Assembly (NCBI GenBank): GCA_047495785.1
Contig: JBLDXI010000054.1
Span: forward strand, 3,968,001-4,032,000
Reading direction: 5' to 3'
DNA from: Lepidodermella squamata
Lineage: Eukaryota > Animalia > Gastrotricha
DNA: 64,000 bases
The notes beneath the pieces are model-generated. The model was not told the DNA's origin. It saw only the letters and a list, made by a program, of their open reading frames with translations, and did no database searches. Below, piece after piece: positions 47,401-60,593 of the stretch. Position 1 is the stretch's first letter. Each line of letters opens with the position of its first letter. A program made the position numbers and the translations under genes.

Positions 47401-49966
47401 AAGGCGGAGATCGCGCAGCTTCAGACCGTGAACCACGATCTGAAAAAGCGCGTTGAGACGCTTCAGGTTGAGCTCGAGATTACCAAACAGAGTTTGAACC
47501 TCGCTCGCGACGAATGCGAATCGGTGAAAAACATGGCTGGCCAACAGCAGGAGCGAATTCGCGAATTGGACCGCCAGCTTAATTCAGCTCAGCAGAATGT
47601 CGATAAGATGCGTTCCGACTCTTCGGTGGAAACGCGCGAGCTCAAGGAGCAAATTACCCGGTTGACAAACGAGGGCGAACGGCTCGGCTCCGAAATGTCT
47701 CGATTACGCACTGAGAACGAGAAACTCAACAACATGGTCTCGGACACGCAGGGCACGTTGAAAATGCGTGAGGAGAAGATCCAACAGCTCGAGAAGGAGG
47801 TGCAAAACGCGATCTCAGAGGCTTCGAAAGCGAAATCTCTGGCCGAAGAGCGGGCCGAGCGCCATGCTGCTGCCGCGAGTGACTCAGTAGTGTGGCGAGA
47901 GAGGGAGGCCAAGTTATCGAGCGAAATCGAAGCTATTAAAGTGAACGTGGAGAAGAAGCAGAAGCGTATTGAAGAACTCGAAACAGCTCTGTCTGAGTCG
48001 ATCGCGTTACAGGCGCAGCGAGAAGTGGCTGTCACGCAAGATCTCAGCCGGTTCGACCAGTCGTTGAAGCAGGGCAAGGGCCTGAACGACGAGGTCGATC
48101 GGTTGCGGCAACGGCAGCAAGAACTCAGCACTGAAGTGAACCGGTTGACGGCGGAAATTGCCGATCGAGACCGGCAGATCTACGAGCTGACCAGCGAGCG
48201 CAACCGGCAAGAGGAGCAGATTCTGGAGATGAAGCAAGAAGCGCTGGTTGCGGCGATTTGCGAGAAGGACGCGAATATTGCGTTGTTCGAGCTGACAGCC
48301 GCGCAAGCCGGTGGGCGCCCGAATCCGAAGTCGAACCAACAAATGAACAAGTTGACCAAAGAAAAGGAGGACATACAACGCCAATTGAAAGAACTCGTAA
48401 GTTTAAAAAAAATATCAAAGCTTTTTTAAATAAAAATTCTTAAGGCGGATTTTTTGTTTGAGCTTTTTTCAAGGATTTCTACAATTTTATATTTAAATTT
48501 TCATTTAGGGCGAACAACGGTCAAGATTGGCGCAGAAACACTCACAACAAGCTCAACAAGCACCAACACCCATGTCGAAGAACTCATCAGCGAGCGCCCT
48601 CGACCGGTTACTTCCGATGTCGCACTCGTCGAGCGCTTCGTCAACTGGGGCGCTAACCATGACGACGTCTCAACCCAAACAGCTTCCACCCACCCCATCC
48701 CAGCTTCAGCAGCAGCAACAACAACAACAGCAACAACAACATCAGTTGCCACCTACACCATCTCAACTTCAACAGCAACAACAACAACAGCATCAACTGC
48801 CTCCAACGCCTTCTCAGCTACAGCAACAACAACATCAGTTACCCCCAACGCCCTCGCAAATGCAGCAACAGCAACAGCACCAGTTACCACCTACTCCGTC
48901 CCAACTTCAGCAGCAGCAACTGCCTCCGACCCCGATGCAGATGCAGCAGCAACAATCGCAACAATCTATGCAACAAATGCAGCAGCCGCAGCAAATGGGC
49001 TATGCGGGTCGGCGATCACCGTCGCCGTCTCGCGTCACCGATTTGAGCAACGGCGGCGGCGGCGGTGGAGGGGCTAATTTTCTCAAGCAGCAACCACAGC
49101 CTCAGCAAAGCTCAGGTGGTTACGGCATGCAGAACAACGGCATGGACCAGCCGGCTAACATGTCGGCGTGGAACATGTCCGCGGGGCCGGCTAACTTGAG
49201 CTCGGGCAACAACGGCATGGCGCCGATGAATATGGGCTACGGCAATAACAACAACAACATGGGCATGCCTGGAAACATGGGCGGTAATATGGGCGGAATG
49301 GGTGGCAATATGGGCGGAAACATGGGCGGAAACATGGGTGGTAACATGGGCATGGGAAACAATATGGTTAATAATATGGGTGGAAATATGGGAGGCAATA
49401 TGGGCATGCCCGGTGGCAACATGGGACCGGGTATGGGCGGCAATATGGGCATGAACATGGGCCAAGGCATGGGCGGCCCTGGTATGGGAATGGGCATGGG
49501 CATGCCGGGTAACATGGGCGGCAACATGGGCCCGGGTGGCGGCAGCGTCATGACGACCATGTCGGACGCTCCTCTGCAGCTGACTGCGGCGCACCGTGGC
49601 AGCTTGACCCAGGCGCACTCGTCGCCGTTCCAAGTACCGCCGGGCCCGCCCCAGGGCGCCGAATTCACGATTCCTGGCCGGCGAGGCGGACCGCCGCCGA
49701 TGGGTGGCCCCGGTGGGCCTGGATTTGGTGACAATTCAGGCCAGCCCAATCGGCGCTCTCAGGTTAGTTGCGACTAATTTTACAAGCATATTTATGCATA
49801 GCACGATGCTTTATCATGTAATTTCGATGAAAAATTAGGAATGAGCACGAAATTTGCCTATAGCAGTATTATATATAAACACAATTTTGTAGAAATTTTG
49901 TACTCATGTTGTTATTTTTCATTTCGCTTGTTAAAGGTGCCTGGAAACGGAGGTGTGTGGGCGTGA
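41463..49966 (+). CDS. ERC: ELKS/CAST/Bruchpilot-family active-zone scaffold
   Basis: STMNSIRSFWSPELKKERQLRKEE; long coiled coils; EMKQEALVAAICEKDANIALFEL. Seven exons ending VPGNGGVWA* (IWA-type RIM-PDZ ligand). Confidence 0.95.
45097..45360 (+). CDS. Candidate alternative first coding exon of ELKS
   Basis: ATG-initiated Ser/Pro-rich 88 codons ending CAG|GT in phase 0, matching the next ELKS exon at 45487. Acceptor TTTTAG lies upstream. Confidence 0.5.
48680..48934 (+). repeat. Coding tandem repeat: six QLPPTP motifs spaced by poly-Gln
   Basis: KQLPPTPSQLQn HQLPPTPSQ.. in the ELKS frame, with synonymous variation between units. Confidence 0.9.
49259..49540 (+). repeat. Coding low-complexity repeat (MGGN/MGPG)n
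   Basis: Repeated ATGGGCGGNAAY units in ELKS exon 6. Confidence 0.9.
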
Positions 49967-50313
49967 ATGACGCCTTAAAAATTGCTTCATGTAGTGATGA
50001 TTTACCGAGAACAATAAAGAAAACTGCTGTGCGTGGTGCTTCGAAGCATACTCCCTCTACCTAGCTAAAACATGCTACCTTTGCCTGTAATCTACTTCTA
50101 CTACCTTCCTCTCCATCCTAAAATACCTCTCTGCGAATGGCGGCAACGCGGCTCGACCTCCAGCATGACACAATTCGACCTACAACGGATCTAGCTTACA
50201 GCTTTTAGGTATAGTTGAACAAGCCTCACCTTTAGTCATCATATATGCTTTATAGCTCAGTTGAAATCAGTTTTTTCGAATTCAATGCTAATGGGTTGAT
50301 TTTTTCTTGATAG

Positions 50314-50415
50314 CTCTCGACCTCACCGACGAGTCCCGTTAACCGCCGGCTGAGCTTCGAAAGCTGGGGCGACGGTCTAGTCGGCGGCGAAACCGAGGAG
50401 AACTTCGAGTCGTAG
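50314..50415 (+). CDS. Candidate alternative terminal exon of ELKS
   Basis: TTTTTCTTGATAG acceptor, then phase-0 GC-rich frame LSTSPTSPVNRRLSFESWGDGLVGGETEENFES* in AT-rich surroundings. Confidence 0.6.
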   Translation, partial: LSTSPTSPVNRRLSFESWGDGLVGGETEENFES

Positions 50416-51303
50416 CAGCCTGCCTAAAAAAACTTGTCATTTTTTGAGACCACGCCAATCCGATCTACTTCGTAAAAAAAATTGAAATAATATTATAGTA
50501 TTATTACGAGAGTAAAACGAAGCAAAGATTTATTACGGCTATATCATAGTGCGAAAGTCTTTCAATTTTCTGTTTCTTTGTCTCGTTTATTGCGCTCTCT
50601 TATTTGCGTTTTATTTATATGAACAAAACCGTCAGCTTTTACAACAGAAAATGCCAATTCAACTCACAAATCACGAACCATTGCCCCAATTACAAATCTG
50701 CCTCAAGGTGCACGACATAATTTTTAGACTCAACATGTCTCCACCTTGACAATCCTTTGTTCTCAATCTTTGTTTTTCGATGACGCTTATAACCATAATT
50801 TACATTAAAAACTCGCCCCAAATTTGTAAATATTTAAAATATTGAGAAATAAGTCTGCTATATTTATTTTGCTGGACTAAAAATTGACGACGACGACGAC
50901 GAAAAATTAACTGCCGGTTTACCAGGAAATGAATCTTCAGCACAAGCTTTGTTGTTTTGGTGTTTAGTTTTTTGCTAATCTCTCTCTCTCTCATCATCTC
51001 ATCTCTCGTCATCGATCACGTGTCTGCGTCGTAGTTTCTAAGCAAGTCATCTCTAGTGACCCTGATAATCTTGTTCGATAGCTCGACAATCTTGTTCTCG
51101 GCAATTTGATTATAGCTGTATAAAGAATTTTCACGTTGTTTAATATAATGTTTACATTCGAGCGATAAATAATTGCGATGCGATGATACGTATAGGTGAA
51201 CAGTAATAAACAAATGAATGATTGAAAGGTTAGTAGACGGTCTTGAGTTGAGTTGGTTGCACAAAATGTCTCAAATCAGTTCAGTGATTGGAAGTCGGTA
51301 CTC

Positions 51304-52975
51304 TCAGGCCGTAGTCGAGTCCTCGGCGAGAAGAGGCCGGTAGTTTCCGGCGCCGATAGCGCCGACATGCACGGTGGCAGGGCGCCGGCAGCACAAATCG
51401 CTGATCAGAAAAACGAGGGCGGAAACGCCGCCGATGACGGCATAGGGCACTCCGCGCACGACTAAGTCTTCGATGTTGAACGACTGGGTCAGGGCGATCG
51501 ACAGCGCCATCGCCATCGACGAGCAGCCGTGCACGAAGGCGAGCACGGCGGGTGTGTTGCCGTAGCTTTCAGCCACTCTCAGCAGCGCAGGCCCGACTGT
51601 TTATAATATTTCCATAATTTCACATAATAAAATCGAAACTAGAACTTACGAAGAACGAGGCGAGCGAAAGAGGTCAGGGCAATACCAGTGACGTAAAGCC
51701 AAAGGTAATGCATGTTGCTGAAGCCTTCCTCGACACGGTCAACGTCCTGAACGACCGGCGTGAAGAAGGGCGCGCCGATGAAGATGCAAAGGAAGGCGAT
51801 GGCGAACGGCCGGTCGGCGGTGAGATTTCGCAAGTAGGGAATGCGATTGCGAAGGGTCAGTAGCAGGATAGCGGAAATAAACCCGATGAGTTCGAACAGA
51901 CAAGCTCCGCTGAGGTTCATGAGCTGGAATGGCGGAGCGGGGAAAAGCACGCGGTAGTAGAGCTCAAGGGGCAGCTTGAAATACATGTAGTAACGGACAG
52001 CTGAAACCGTGGTCAATGCGATAGTAATCGAAAAAATTTGGCTGCAAAATATGTAACTGCGTAAACGAAATATTATACGTATATTGAAACTCACCGATCG
52101 AAAATTAATAGCTTGATTTCACCCAAGCGAGCTGCGATACCAGCGCCAATGCGCTGAGCGACGTTTCCGGCTGCCGGGGCCTCTCGCTCATTGCTCATCG
52201 AAGACAGGCCGAGCTCGACTTGCTCGCCCGGGAAGAAGCAGACGACGTAATTGAGAACGTTAACAACGAGCAGGCCAACCGTGATCAGCGTCGAGCACAA
52301 CGTTTCATCAGCGACATTGGGCTGGAAATCGGAAAAACTTATATAGAGCAATTGTGAACTTTTAGAATCTTACAGCGGAGACGAAGGCCATCACTGAACT
52401 GATAAGGCCGACAAAGAATGTGAACAACGCGTAGCGATATTCGGTAAATCGTCCGGCAATGCCTTCGTCGGTGTTGCGGTATTGCTGCAGCAGGAGGCCG
52501 AGCAGTGGCGCCTGGATGAAACCTTGCAGTAATCCTTGGAACACCCATAAAATCGCCGTGAAGGTAAAGGGTGTATCCCCAGGGGCTACCATGCAGCAGA
52601 ACTGAAAATTGAGAGCAATTACAATTTGATAACTTGAGTAAAAATGCGTTTTACGTAGAGCAAAGATCGGAGGGTGAGCGATGCGATGGCGACTTTACGG
52701 AAGCCGAAAGTCCAAGGTAAACGCCAGAAAAATAGTGTCGAAAACCCGTAGAAGAAATAGTAGAGTACGTCATAAGTAGGGAATTCGTCCACGAAAGCTG
52801 CATCGAGGCTATCGAGTTTCACTTTTATCTAAAAAATATATCATGATGCGTCGGGAAAATTGGCATCTTAGATGTGGGCACTTACCAGACCGAAAACCTT
52901 CTCCTGAACCTCGAAACCGGCGTGGAGCAAAAACAGGAAAAATCCCAGGTGATACGCGTTGCAGTCCAACTTCAT
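51304..52975 (-). CDS. Multi-pass membrane protein A, divergent UNC-93/MFS-like
   Basis: Six exons with many hydrophobic helices. NAYHLGFFLFLLHAGFEVQ and a GFRK loop resemble the UNC-93/MFSD11 N-terminal half. Family call is tentative. Confidence 0.6.
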
Positions 52976-53152
52976 CGCCGTATTTTCTTTTAAATTTCTA
53001 TTGAAAGACTAAATTTGAAGAATTAGTGACACATTTCCTTTATTTCTATGTGAAAGAGGCTTGGTCTTGAGCTATTCTCGTTTAAACTTGATGCGTGGGA
53101 TTGCCCCACTTCACGAGGCTTGACTCGCTTTACGCATTCAGAAAGTGGTGCC

Positions 53153-55016
53153 TCAGCTTGAAATAGAAACGGTGGCGGTGGGTTTGGTTGAAATTGAAGC
53201 TGCTTCGGCCAGGGCGCGGGATGTAGCGCGCCATAAAGACACGCCGGTGATCACAAGTAGCGCTGCGAAACCGATCGACTGCCGCGCAGAGACGTAGTAA
53301 CAGTGCAGTGGCATAATAAAAGAATAACCTGCCACCATAATACCGACGCCGAAATTGACCGCCGCCAAAGTAGTCAAGAGATTGTGGGCAACCGCAGTGT
53401 CTGGCAGTGGCGCCACGCAATTAGGGTGCGCCAACCTGGTACGGCTTTGAGAGTTACTAACGCCATCAAATGTCGAAATTACGAGCCAAATAACTACCGA
53501 TTCAATGAACAAGAATGTGGCCGATGCAATACAATATAGTGGGATGAACGAGGCCTCGAAAACCGAGTGGGTTATTCGAGTCAAGTCTGAGCCTATCATA
53601 GAGACCAATGGCGCGGCAAACAACAGCAATATAGCAACCCATTTTTGCAATTTGGCGTAATTTGTGTTGAAATCGCTTTTATCGACGATGAATTTTTTCA
53701 CCAGGTAGCATCCGATCATGCCGAAAGATTCAAAGATCCAAATAAATTGTAAAGCCAGGAAATTAAACGTGGGAGTCTCCATGAAAGTCTGAAAAATTAA
53801 GTTTTCATAAATATCTTCTTGTTTTGCTTAATTCTTACCTGGTAGAAGAACTGAATAGGTAAGACCAAATGAATGTAGGTTCGAGCTGATTTGCATAGGA
53901 TCAGGATGAAAACAAATCTGAACCACTCTGAATAGAGGCTTCGGAAAAATTTGGGAACAAAAGCGAGCCTTCGCTCTTCCTCAGTTGACGATATTAGTGC
54001 CGACGGTCTTCGAGTAGAAGTAGAATGAAGCCGATCGTTTGAAACAATAAACGATGATATGAGCTTATCGAACTCAAGCCAATGAATGTCGGAATCGGTA
54101 TTTTCAGTGTATCGAAGTGTGAACAGGAGACATGGAAGCTAAAATGGCATCATTTCACGAAAAAATGCACAAAAATCTCAGGTCCCACCAGTATTGCCGT
54201 GCAGATGAAATGAATCGATCCTATTGATTCAAGATCTACCTGAAAACAAAAAATAATTCTGAAACTATTGGAGCAATCGTTGATTTTTTGTACCATAGTA
54301 GCGACTAATGAAGCTAGAGATGCTCCAATCAACGTCGTAGAGATGTGGAATATAGCGAATTCGTAGAAAAACGATCCAAGCCCTTGAAAATGTACAGAAT
54401 CGCTCCGAAGTTTTAATCCGATATCCGTAGAGGCTTGAGATTGACGCCTGATTAGGGCCAGCAAAATGAAGGATTGCAACGGCCCGACCTAAAATAATGA
54501 TGTTGAAGGGAATTATGTCCGATTTATAATACAATTTATTTAGCGGTACATGTGCGATGGCTTGAACAATCCAGATGAGTAGTGTTGGGTATGGGGAGAA
54601 AGGTGCGGTGTCCCAATCTGCGACTGGAGCGTGCATATAGTCCGAAATTCCCAAACAAAGCTAAAAATGAGAAATCGGACGTGGTCGAAAATGGAGCATT
54701 AAAACTGCGTACATGGCTGAGAAATCTCATGATTAAGCAGTAGACAGTAGCTTGGCGAAATCCGGCGCAACTCCGGAGAATTCTGCCTGAAAACATCATG
54801 ACTATTCCTGAGATCAAGAAGTGGGATACATCGGCTGCTGCGATCCAGTAAAATGTCTCAACGTTCGCCACCATTATCATCGGCTTCAGCTGCGATAGAT
54901 CAATTTTAAGGAATTTTGAGCATTTTTATTTCTGAGATATATTTTACCGCGGCCATGATGTGATAGGAAAACTTGAAGCTGGACTCAAGAAAAAATAAAT
55001 AGAGCAACATCGACAT
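53153..55016 (-). CDS. Multi-pass membrane protein B, probable paralogue of A
   Basis: Multi-exon hydrophobic ORFs; GFRQATVYCLIMRFLSH parallels GFRKVAIASLTLRSLLY at the same exon end. Start is approximate. Confidence 0.55.
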
Positions 55017-56034
55017 TTTTATTTGATCGAAATTGAATAGGTAGAAAACACAATAGTTTCAGCATTTCCTTTACCTCGTGCAATTTCAAAGGATTGGTTA
55101 ATTAGTCACTTGATTTCCGCACATGCTCTGTAGAGTTAATGAGTCAGGGAAACTTTTGTTCCAACTCACAAAATTTATATTACATCGATGCCACCTGAGC
55201 GTTTCATTTCCAAGTGTGTCACTCGTTTATCTCATAGCCTCTAACATACTGAGGATGATTTAGGTAGAAGACATCGCGCCCTTATATAATGCGTTGTGAA
55301 AAACGCGAAGCGCGTACTAAATATGCGGCCAAGTATAGAAAGATCACGGTTTTTATTTCCATGCGACATGTACTGCCTTTTTATACCTGTGTGGCATGCG
55401 CTCAGCATACTGGCCGTGCACCCAGTCGTGAAAAAAACACATGACAGTCGGCGTATACTGCTGTACAAGCGATACAACTACCCACGCATTATATTTATGT
55501 GTGTGCCTTGTATACTCTCATTGAAAATATTATTTAGCTAAAGCTAAACTCATGCTTGTTTATTGCATTTTGTTCTTTGAGGCCTGATGGCATCTGCGCA
55601 ACTCCTAATAACGGAAGCTTTTAAAACCTCATCACCCTATAAATTATAAAATCATATCTTTGAACATTTCCCAATTAAAAAATCTGCTCAACTCATCTCC
55701 ATTACAGCCTATTCGTAGCCCAGTTTTCCCGACCTCTTTAAGTGAAGATATTTGATGAAAAATGGCCAAGCAAATTAAAGATTCCTTCCAAACATCCAGT
55801 TCATTTTTTCGGTAAATTTTTGGGAGGTAAACCACGCCTTCCAGGTGTGAGGAACTATCTCCATTATTACTATAATATTACTTTTATTGTAAAAAAAAAA
55901 GTTATTAGAGGAAAACACGTTAGACAGAGACAAACAAACTAGAGTATTCTCTAGCCGACCAAAATAGACCCCGAAACAGGCAATTTTAAAAAAATATTGA
56001 AACCGGTATATTAGGGTTTATTTATTTTTTGTTG

Positions 56035-56853
56035 ATGTGGGATCCGGAAGACTCTTCGAACGGATTCGAGGCAGCTGTCGCCGTTCTCCAGACGAGCAAT
56101 GCTGCAAGACCGCGGCCACACGCCGCTTCTTCCGGAAATACGACAGGACCCAACGACGCGAACCAGCCGCCTAGACTCGCGCCACCGCCGCCCGTGCAAC
56201 GCCCTGCCCCGGTCACCCAGCCTCCACCTTCATATAACCTAGTGTCAGCGGCAATGCAAAGCAAAGAGCCGCCGGTAACATCAACGACAAATAGTTTAGC
56301 TCCACTTATGGACGACGAACAGGGTACCTACATGCAGACTTCGTCGGTACTCGCCCAGCAGTATCCTGAACCTCGTCACATGAATATCGCAGCGGACGCC
56401 AACGTGACTACCAGTCATAGATCGCCCCATAGTGTTAACGTCGTAGACGGTGGGGTTGTCTCCAGCTGGCCAGGTTACCTTGCAGCGCCACCTCTACCCA
56501 CTCGTCGCCTCGTGCGGCAGCGTGACTTGCCCATCTACATGGGCTTATCCATCGCCGCAACTATCATCTTCTTTCCAACCGGCCTAGCCGCTTTGTATTA
56601 CGCTATCAAGCTGCGTCGCGCTTTCATCGAGGGTGTGTATGCCAACGACTTGCAAGAAGCGACTAAGATAGCTCGCAACTGTGAAAAGTGCCTACTACTG
56701 ACGGTGGTACTGGCTTTCGTCGCGGGCTTCCTCATTTTCGGCATCGTCGACTACTACAACAACAGAAACGCGATTCGCCGCAATTCGACTACTACACCCG
56801 ACCCTTATGGAGACTATTACAGCCGAAGTCGAGTGCCAGCGATGGCAGGCTAG
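56035..56853 (+). CDS. CD225/dispanin (PRRT-like) membrane protein
   Basis: Pro-rich N-terminus, then YMGLSIAATIIFFPTGLAALYYA..DLQEATKIAR and a second hydrophobic segment. Confidence 0.85.
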   Translation: MWDPEDSSNGFEAAVAVLQTSNAARPRPHAASSGNTTGPNDANQPPRLAPPPPVQRPAPVTQPPPSYNLVSAAMQSKEPPVTSTTNSLAPLMDDEQGTYMQTSSVLAQQYPEPRHMNIAADANVTTSHRSPHSVNVVDGGVVSSWPGYLAAPPLPTRRLVRQRDLPIYMGLSIAATIIFFPTGLAALYYAIKLRRAFIEGVYANDLQEATKIARNCEKCLLLTVVLAFVAGFLIFGIVDYYNNRNAIRRNSTTTPDPYGDYYSRSRVPAMAG

Positions 56854-57492
56854 AAAATATTCGAATTTCGTTTTTCTGAAAACCAAAGATGACTTGATAT
56901 AGTATATGGATGCTTATGAATTGCTGCAACATTTTTCTACGAAAATAAACACGCTTTCCAGAGTTGTAAACTTGAGACTGTTTAAGGCAAATTTCATTTC
57001 ATGTCCCTTTTACGAAAATCGTGCTTTTCCTTATCAGTAATTTTTCACCGCAATATGCGAGATAAAGTTTCTACCAATGCTAGCAAGCATTGTGTAAGAC
57101 TATACACACTACGTAGCCAAGTTCACGTTATACTCCACATAGCACATAGAGTTAGACAATCTACACCGGCATAAAACAAGGTATGCGATGAACATGAATG
57201 TTCGTAGCTGATGTGCGTAATTTTAAACACACCACAAGTTTAGCTTTAGTTCAATTCATACTATTAAAATGTGTATAGTGTTAGTTATCTGTGGTGGGCT
57301 TTCAACTTTCTGACTGCAGATTCTAAGCCTATTTCCAATCAATTTTTCTGTTATTACGTTGAAACAGATCTTGGCACTTGGCACAAGACGGGCGACGTAG
57401 CAATTGCATTTAATGAACTCGCGTGCCATTCATAATTTTATTTTACACGATTTTTTTAGTTAATTCTGTCTTTTGTGGTATAAAAATTTACA

Positions 57493-59269
57493 ATGAATGC
57501 TGCATTCGCTGTAACTTGGCGGCGTTTTGCGAGCAATCTGTCAAGCAAGCACAGTGCCACCTCCCGAGTTCTGTTTCATGGGCCCAAGAACAATTACGGC
57601 ATCAATCGACACCTTTCAGCGGCCGGTTGGGGTTCGGAAAGGCCGAAAGATGGTGATGACGGCTTTTATCGTAAGTCGTTGTTTGGAGTTATTTCGGGCC
57701 TTGCCGGTGGCACGGCCTTGTTGCTTGGCGTTAACTACCTCAGCCCGACAGCAAAATGCGAGGAAAGCAAGAAACATGAATTCGTGAAATCTGGTCATTT
57801 TATCGATGGCCTGCCGGTTTTTACTGAACAGCAAGTTGCCGAGCACAATCTTGGTGCTAAACGAGTTTGGGTGACCTACAAGCAAGGTGTATACGACATC
57901 ACCGAATTCATCGAGTCCCACCCTGGCGGACCAGATAAGATTCGTATGGCCGCTGGAACTTCGATCGAACCTTTCTGGCAAATTTACCCCGTGCATTACA
58001 GCCATGAGAATTTCGAGCGCCTGGAATCTTTTCGGATCGGAAATTTCAAACCGAGTGAATCGAAAGCAACCCAGAATGTAAACGATCCATTCGCCAACGA
58101 CCCGAAGCGCCATCCTTTGTTGAAAACACTGACGCAAAAGCCATTCAACGCCGAATCGCCGAAAGAAATCAGCGCAGATTTTATGATAACCCCTAACGAA
58201 CTTCACTTTGTTCGAAATCATTTGCCGGTTCCGACTGTTGACAAGCAGTCTTTCCGACTCGAAATTGTCGATTCTACGACTGGCAAGAAATTTGCATTTT
58301 CTCTCAACGACTTGATGACTAAATTCCCCGTTCACACGATCCCAGTCACGCTTCAGTGCTCCGGAAACAAGCGAAAATTTATGAATGAGCTTGAACCCGT
58401 TCAAGGATTGATGTGGGACGTCAATGCAATTAGTACTGCTGAGTGGACCGGTGTCAAATTACGAGATGTGCTCGATTATTGCAAAATGAATCTGTCAGAC
58501 GATAAAATACAGCACATTCAGTTTGAGGGTCTCGACAAAGACGCCACTGGTCAGGCTTATGGGGCTTCAGTTCCAAAAGACCGGGTCGCTAAGGAACCGA
58601 ATGATGTTCTTCTCGCCTTCAAAATGAACGGCGTTGACATACCAGCTGACCACGGTTTTCCGTTGCGAGTAATCATTCCGGGTGTCACAGGCGCTCGCTC
58701 CGTGAAATGGCTAAGCAAAGTTGTTTTGAGCCCAGAGGAAAGTAAAAGCCATTGGCAGAAGAATGACTACAAATTGGTTCCTGCAAACATCAAGAATTTG
58801 AAAGAAGTCGATTTTTCCAAGTACCGAGCTATTCAGGAGACGTCGGTTCAATCCGGAATTTGTCAGCCTGTTGATGGAGCTAAAATTGAACGTGATGATG
58901 GTAGTTTCAAGGTGAAGGGATACGCTTTTAGCGGCGGTGGCAATTCCATAGAAAAAGTTCTTGTCTCAATTGATGGAGGTAAAACTTGGAAACAAGCAGA
59001 GCTGAAGCAGCTCGACCGTCCTCTTTATCGGTAAGAGATCAATTATTATTTGTTTTATCAAATATTTTTGATAATTTTAACGTAGTCATTGGTCTTGGAC
59101 TCTATGGGAGTGTGATATGGAAATCCCAGATGGTAAATCTGTTGTGGAAGTAGTATGTGCAGCTGTCGATTCCCAGCAAAATTCGCAGCCTGAATCAGCC
59201 AAGGCGATTTGGAACATCAGAGGACTAATGAATAACTCTTGGCACAGGATTAAAGTCGAGATTAAATAA
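57493..59269 (+). CDS. SUOX: Sulfite oxidase, mitochondrial
   Basis: Cytochrome b5 domain (VWVTYKQGVYDITEFIESHPGG); Moco domain (FVRNHLPVP, TLQCSGN, DHGFPLRVIIPG, GARSVKWL); dimerisation domain (WNIRGLMNNSWHR). Intron 59031-59085. Confidence 0.97.
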
Positions 59270-60593
59270 ACATAATTGATATTCCATTTAAAACAACCAC
59301 AGTAGCTTTTTCTCATCTACCCAACATTTAATCATCCATAAAGGGTGCATGATCGTTCCCGATCGGTGAATTCATTTTGTCACAGTTCAGTCTGATTCGA
59401 ATTACAAATAAGTACAAAGTTCCAATCAAACCAAGGCTTTGGTGAAGGGAATCCAAGATAAAATAACGGTCGTCTTTTATCTGACCGAGGGACGACGCGA
59501 TTATTTCCGTGCCAGATAGATCTCGATGTTAGTCAGCTGATCCATTATCATAATGGGCAGAACACTGGGGTCCATGCTGTTGAAATTTCGCACCTGCCTG
59601 CTTCTGCTGGGAGATCAGAGATCCCGTTCTAGCACTCCTTGGTGTTGGCTTGAGGGGACATGAATCGCATCAAAGGAAGACGACGCTTTTCAAATTTTCC
59701 CGCGTATTCGCGGGTAATGCACACTTTCGATCTTCACAGTAATATTAGTCATTGATTTATGTATTTATAATTTATTTTCAGTTTTTCTTCATATTTCAAC
59801 GATTATCTTTTTTAGCCGCATGTTTAATCAAATTTGTTGCGCGGGGGCGAGCGATTTGATCTCATCTTATATTACTTACGCGGCCTGACGACGTCAACTG
59901 ACGCGTCACTCGTAACCTGAATTTTTGTTTATTTTGTTTACTAACTCAAGTCCAAGCTTGGCAGATGAGAGCTCTGAAGTACAGAATTTAGAATTGGTTT
60001 CAATTTGTTTTGATTGAGTTCCACGGCAGATTTCTTCAGTGTCATCTCATTCCTAATTCCCCGGCCGCGCGAAGTGGGTTGGTTCTTGTCCAATTTTATC
60101 AATCTTTCAATTAGTCATTTAGTTCATTTAGTTAATGTTCAAAGTCTAAAGGCCTATTTAAATCTTCACCAATGCCGAATGTGGTTACTTGTGCTGAGCT
60201 GCAACCTGTGGCTTGACCCTTGACCCAGGCATTTCGGTGGGAAACCAACAACTGGGCGTCGGCTCATTAATCCATCCAGGTCGATTTGCGAGCCACAAGC
60301 TAGTATTTTGATATGATAGTTGCAGCATTCCAGTAGTTTTTTTGCTGAGTTTGCTTACATGGCTTGATTCAAACAGTTATAATATATAGTCTATGATTAC
60401 CTCTATCGGCTTCCAGCTGCTTAGAATTTATACGACGATTCCTTGAAAATTAAATGGGCACCTTGCATCTTTGATGGCGGAATACTTCCCATCCCGCTGC
60501 TTCCTTTCTGCTTCCTCATTTTAGCCTAGTTATGGGAGTTAGTTAGATCTAAACTGTATTCTTACCGGTTATTTTTCATAAAGTATTTTAATA

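Noticed and set aside
48680-49540. CRISPR-like repeat/spacer appearance
   Set aside because: Eukaryotic coding repeats varying at third codon positions; spacers are poly-Gln codons; no cas genes.
59330-59760. Possible gene between SUOX and QPCT
   Set aside because: Only short interrupted frames on either strand; no recognisable protein or RNA.
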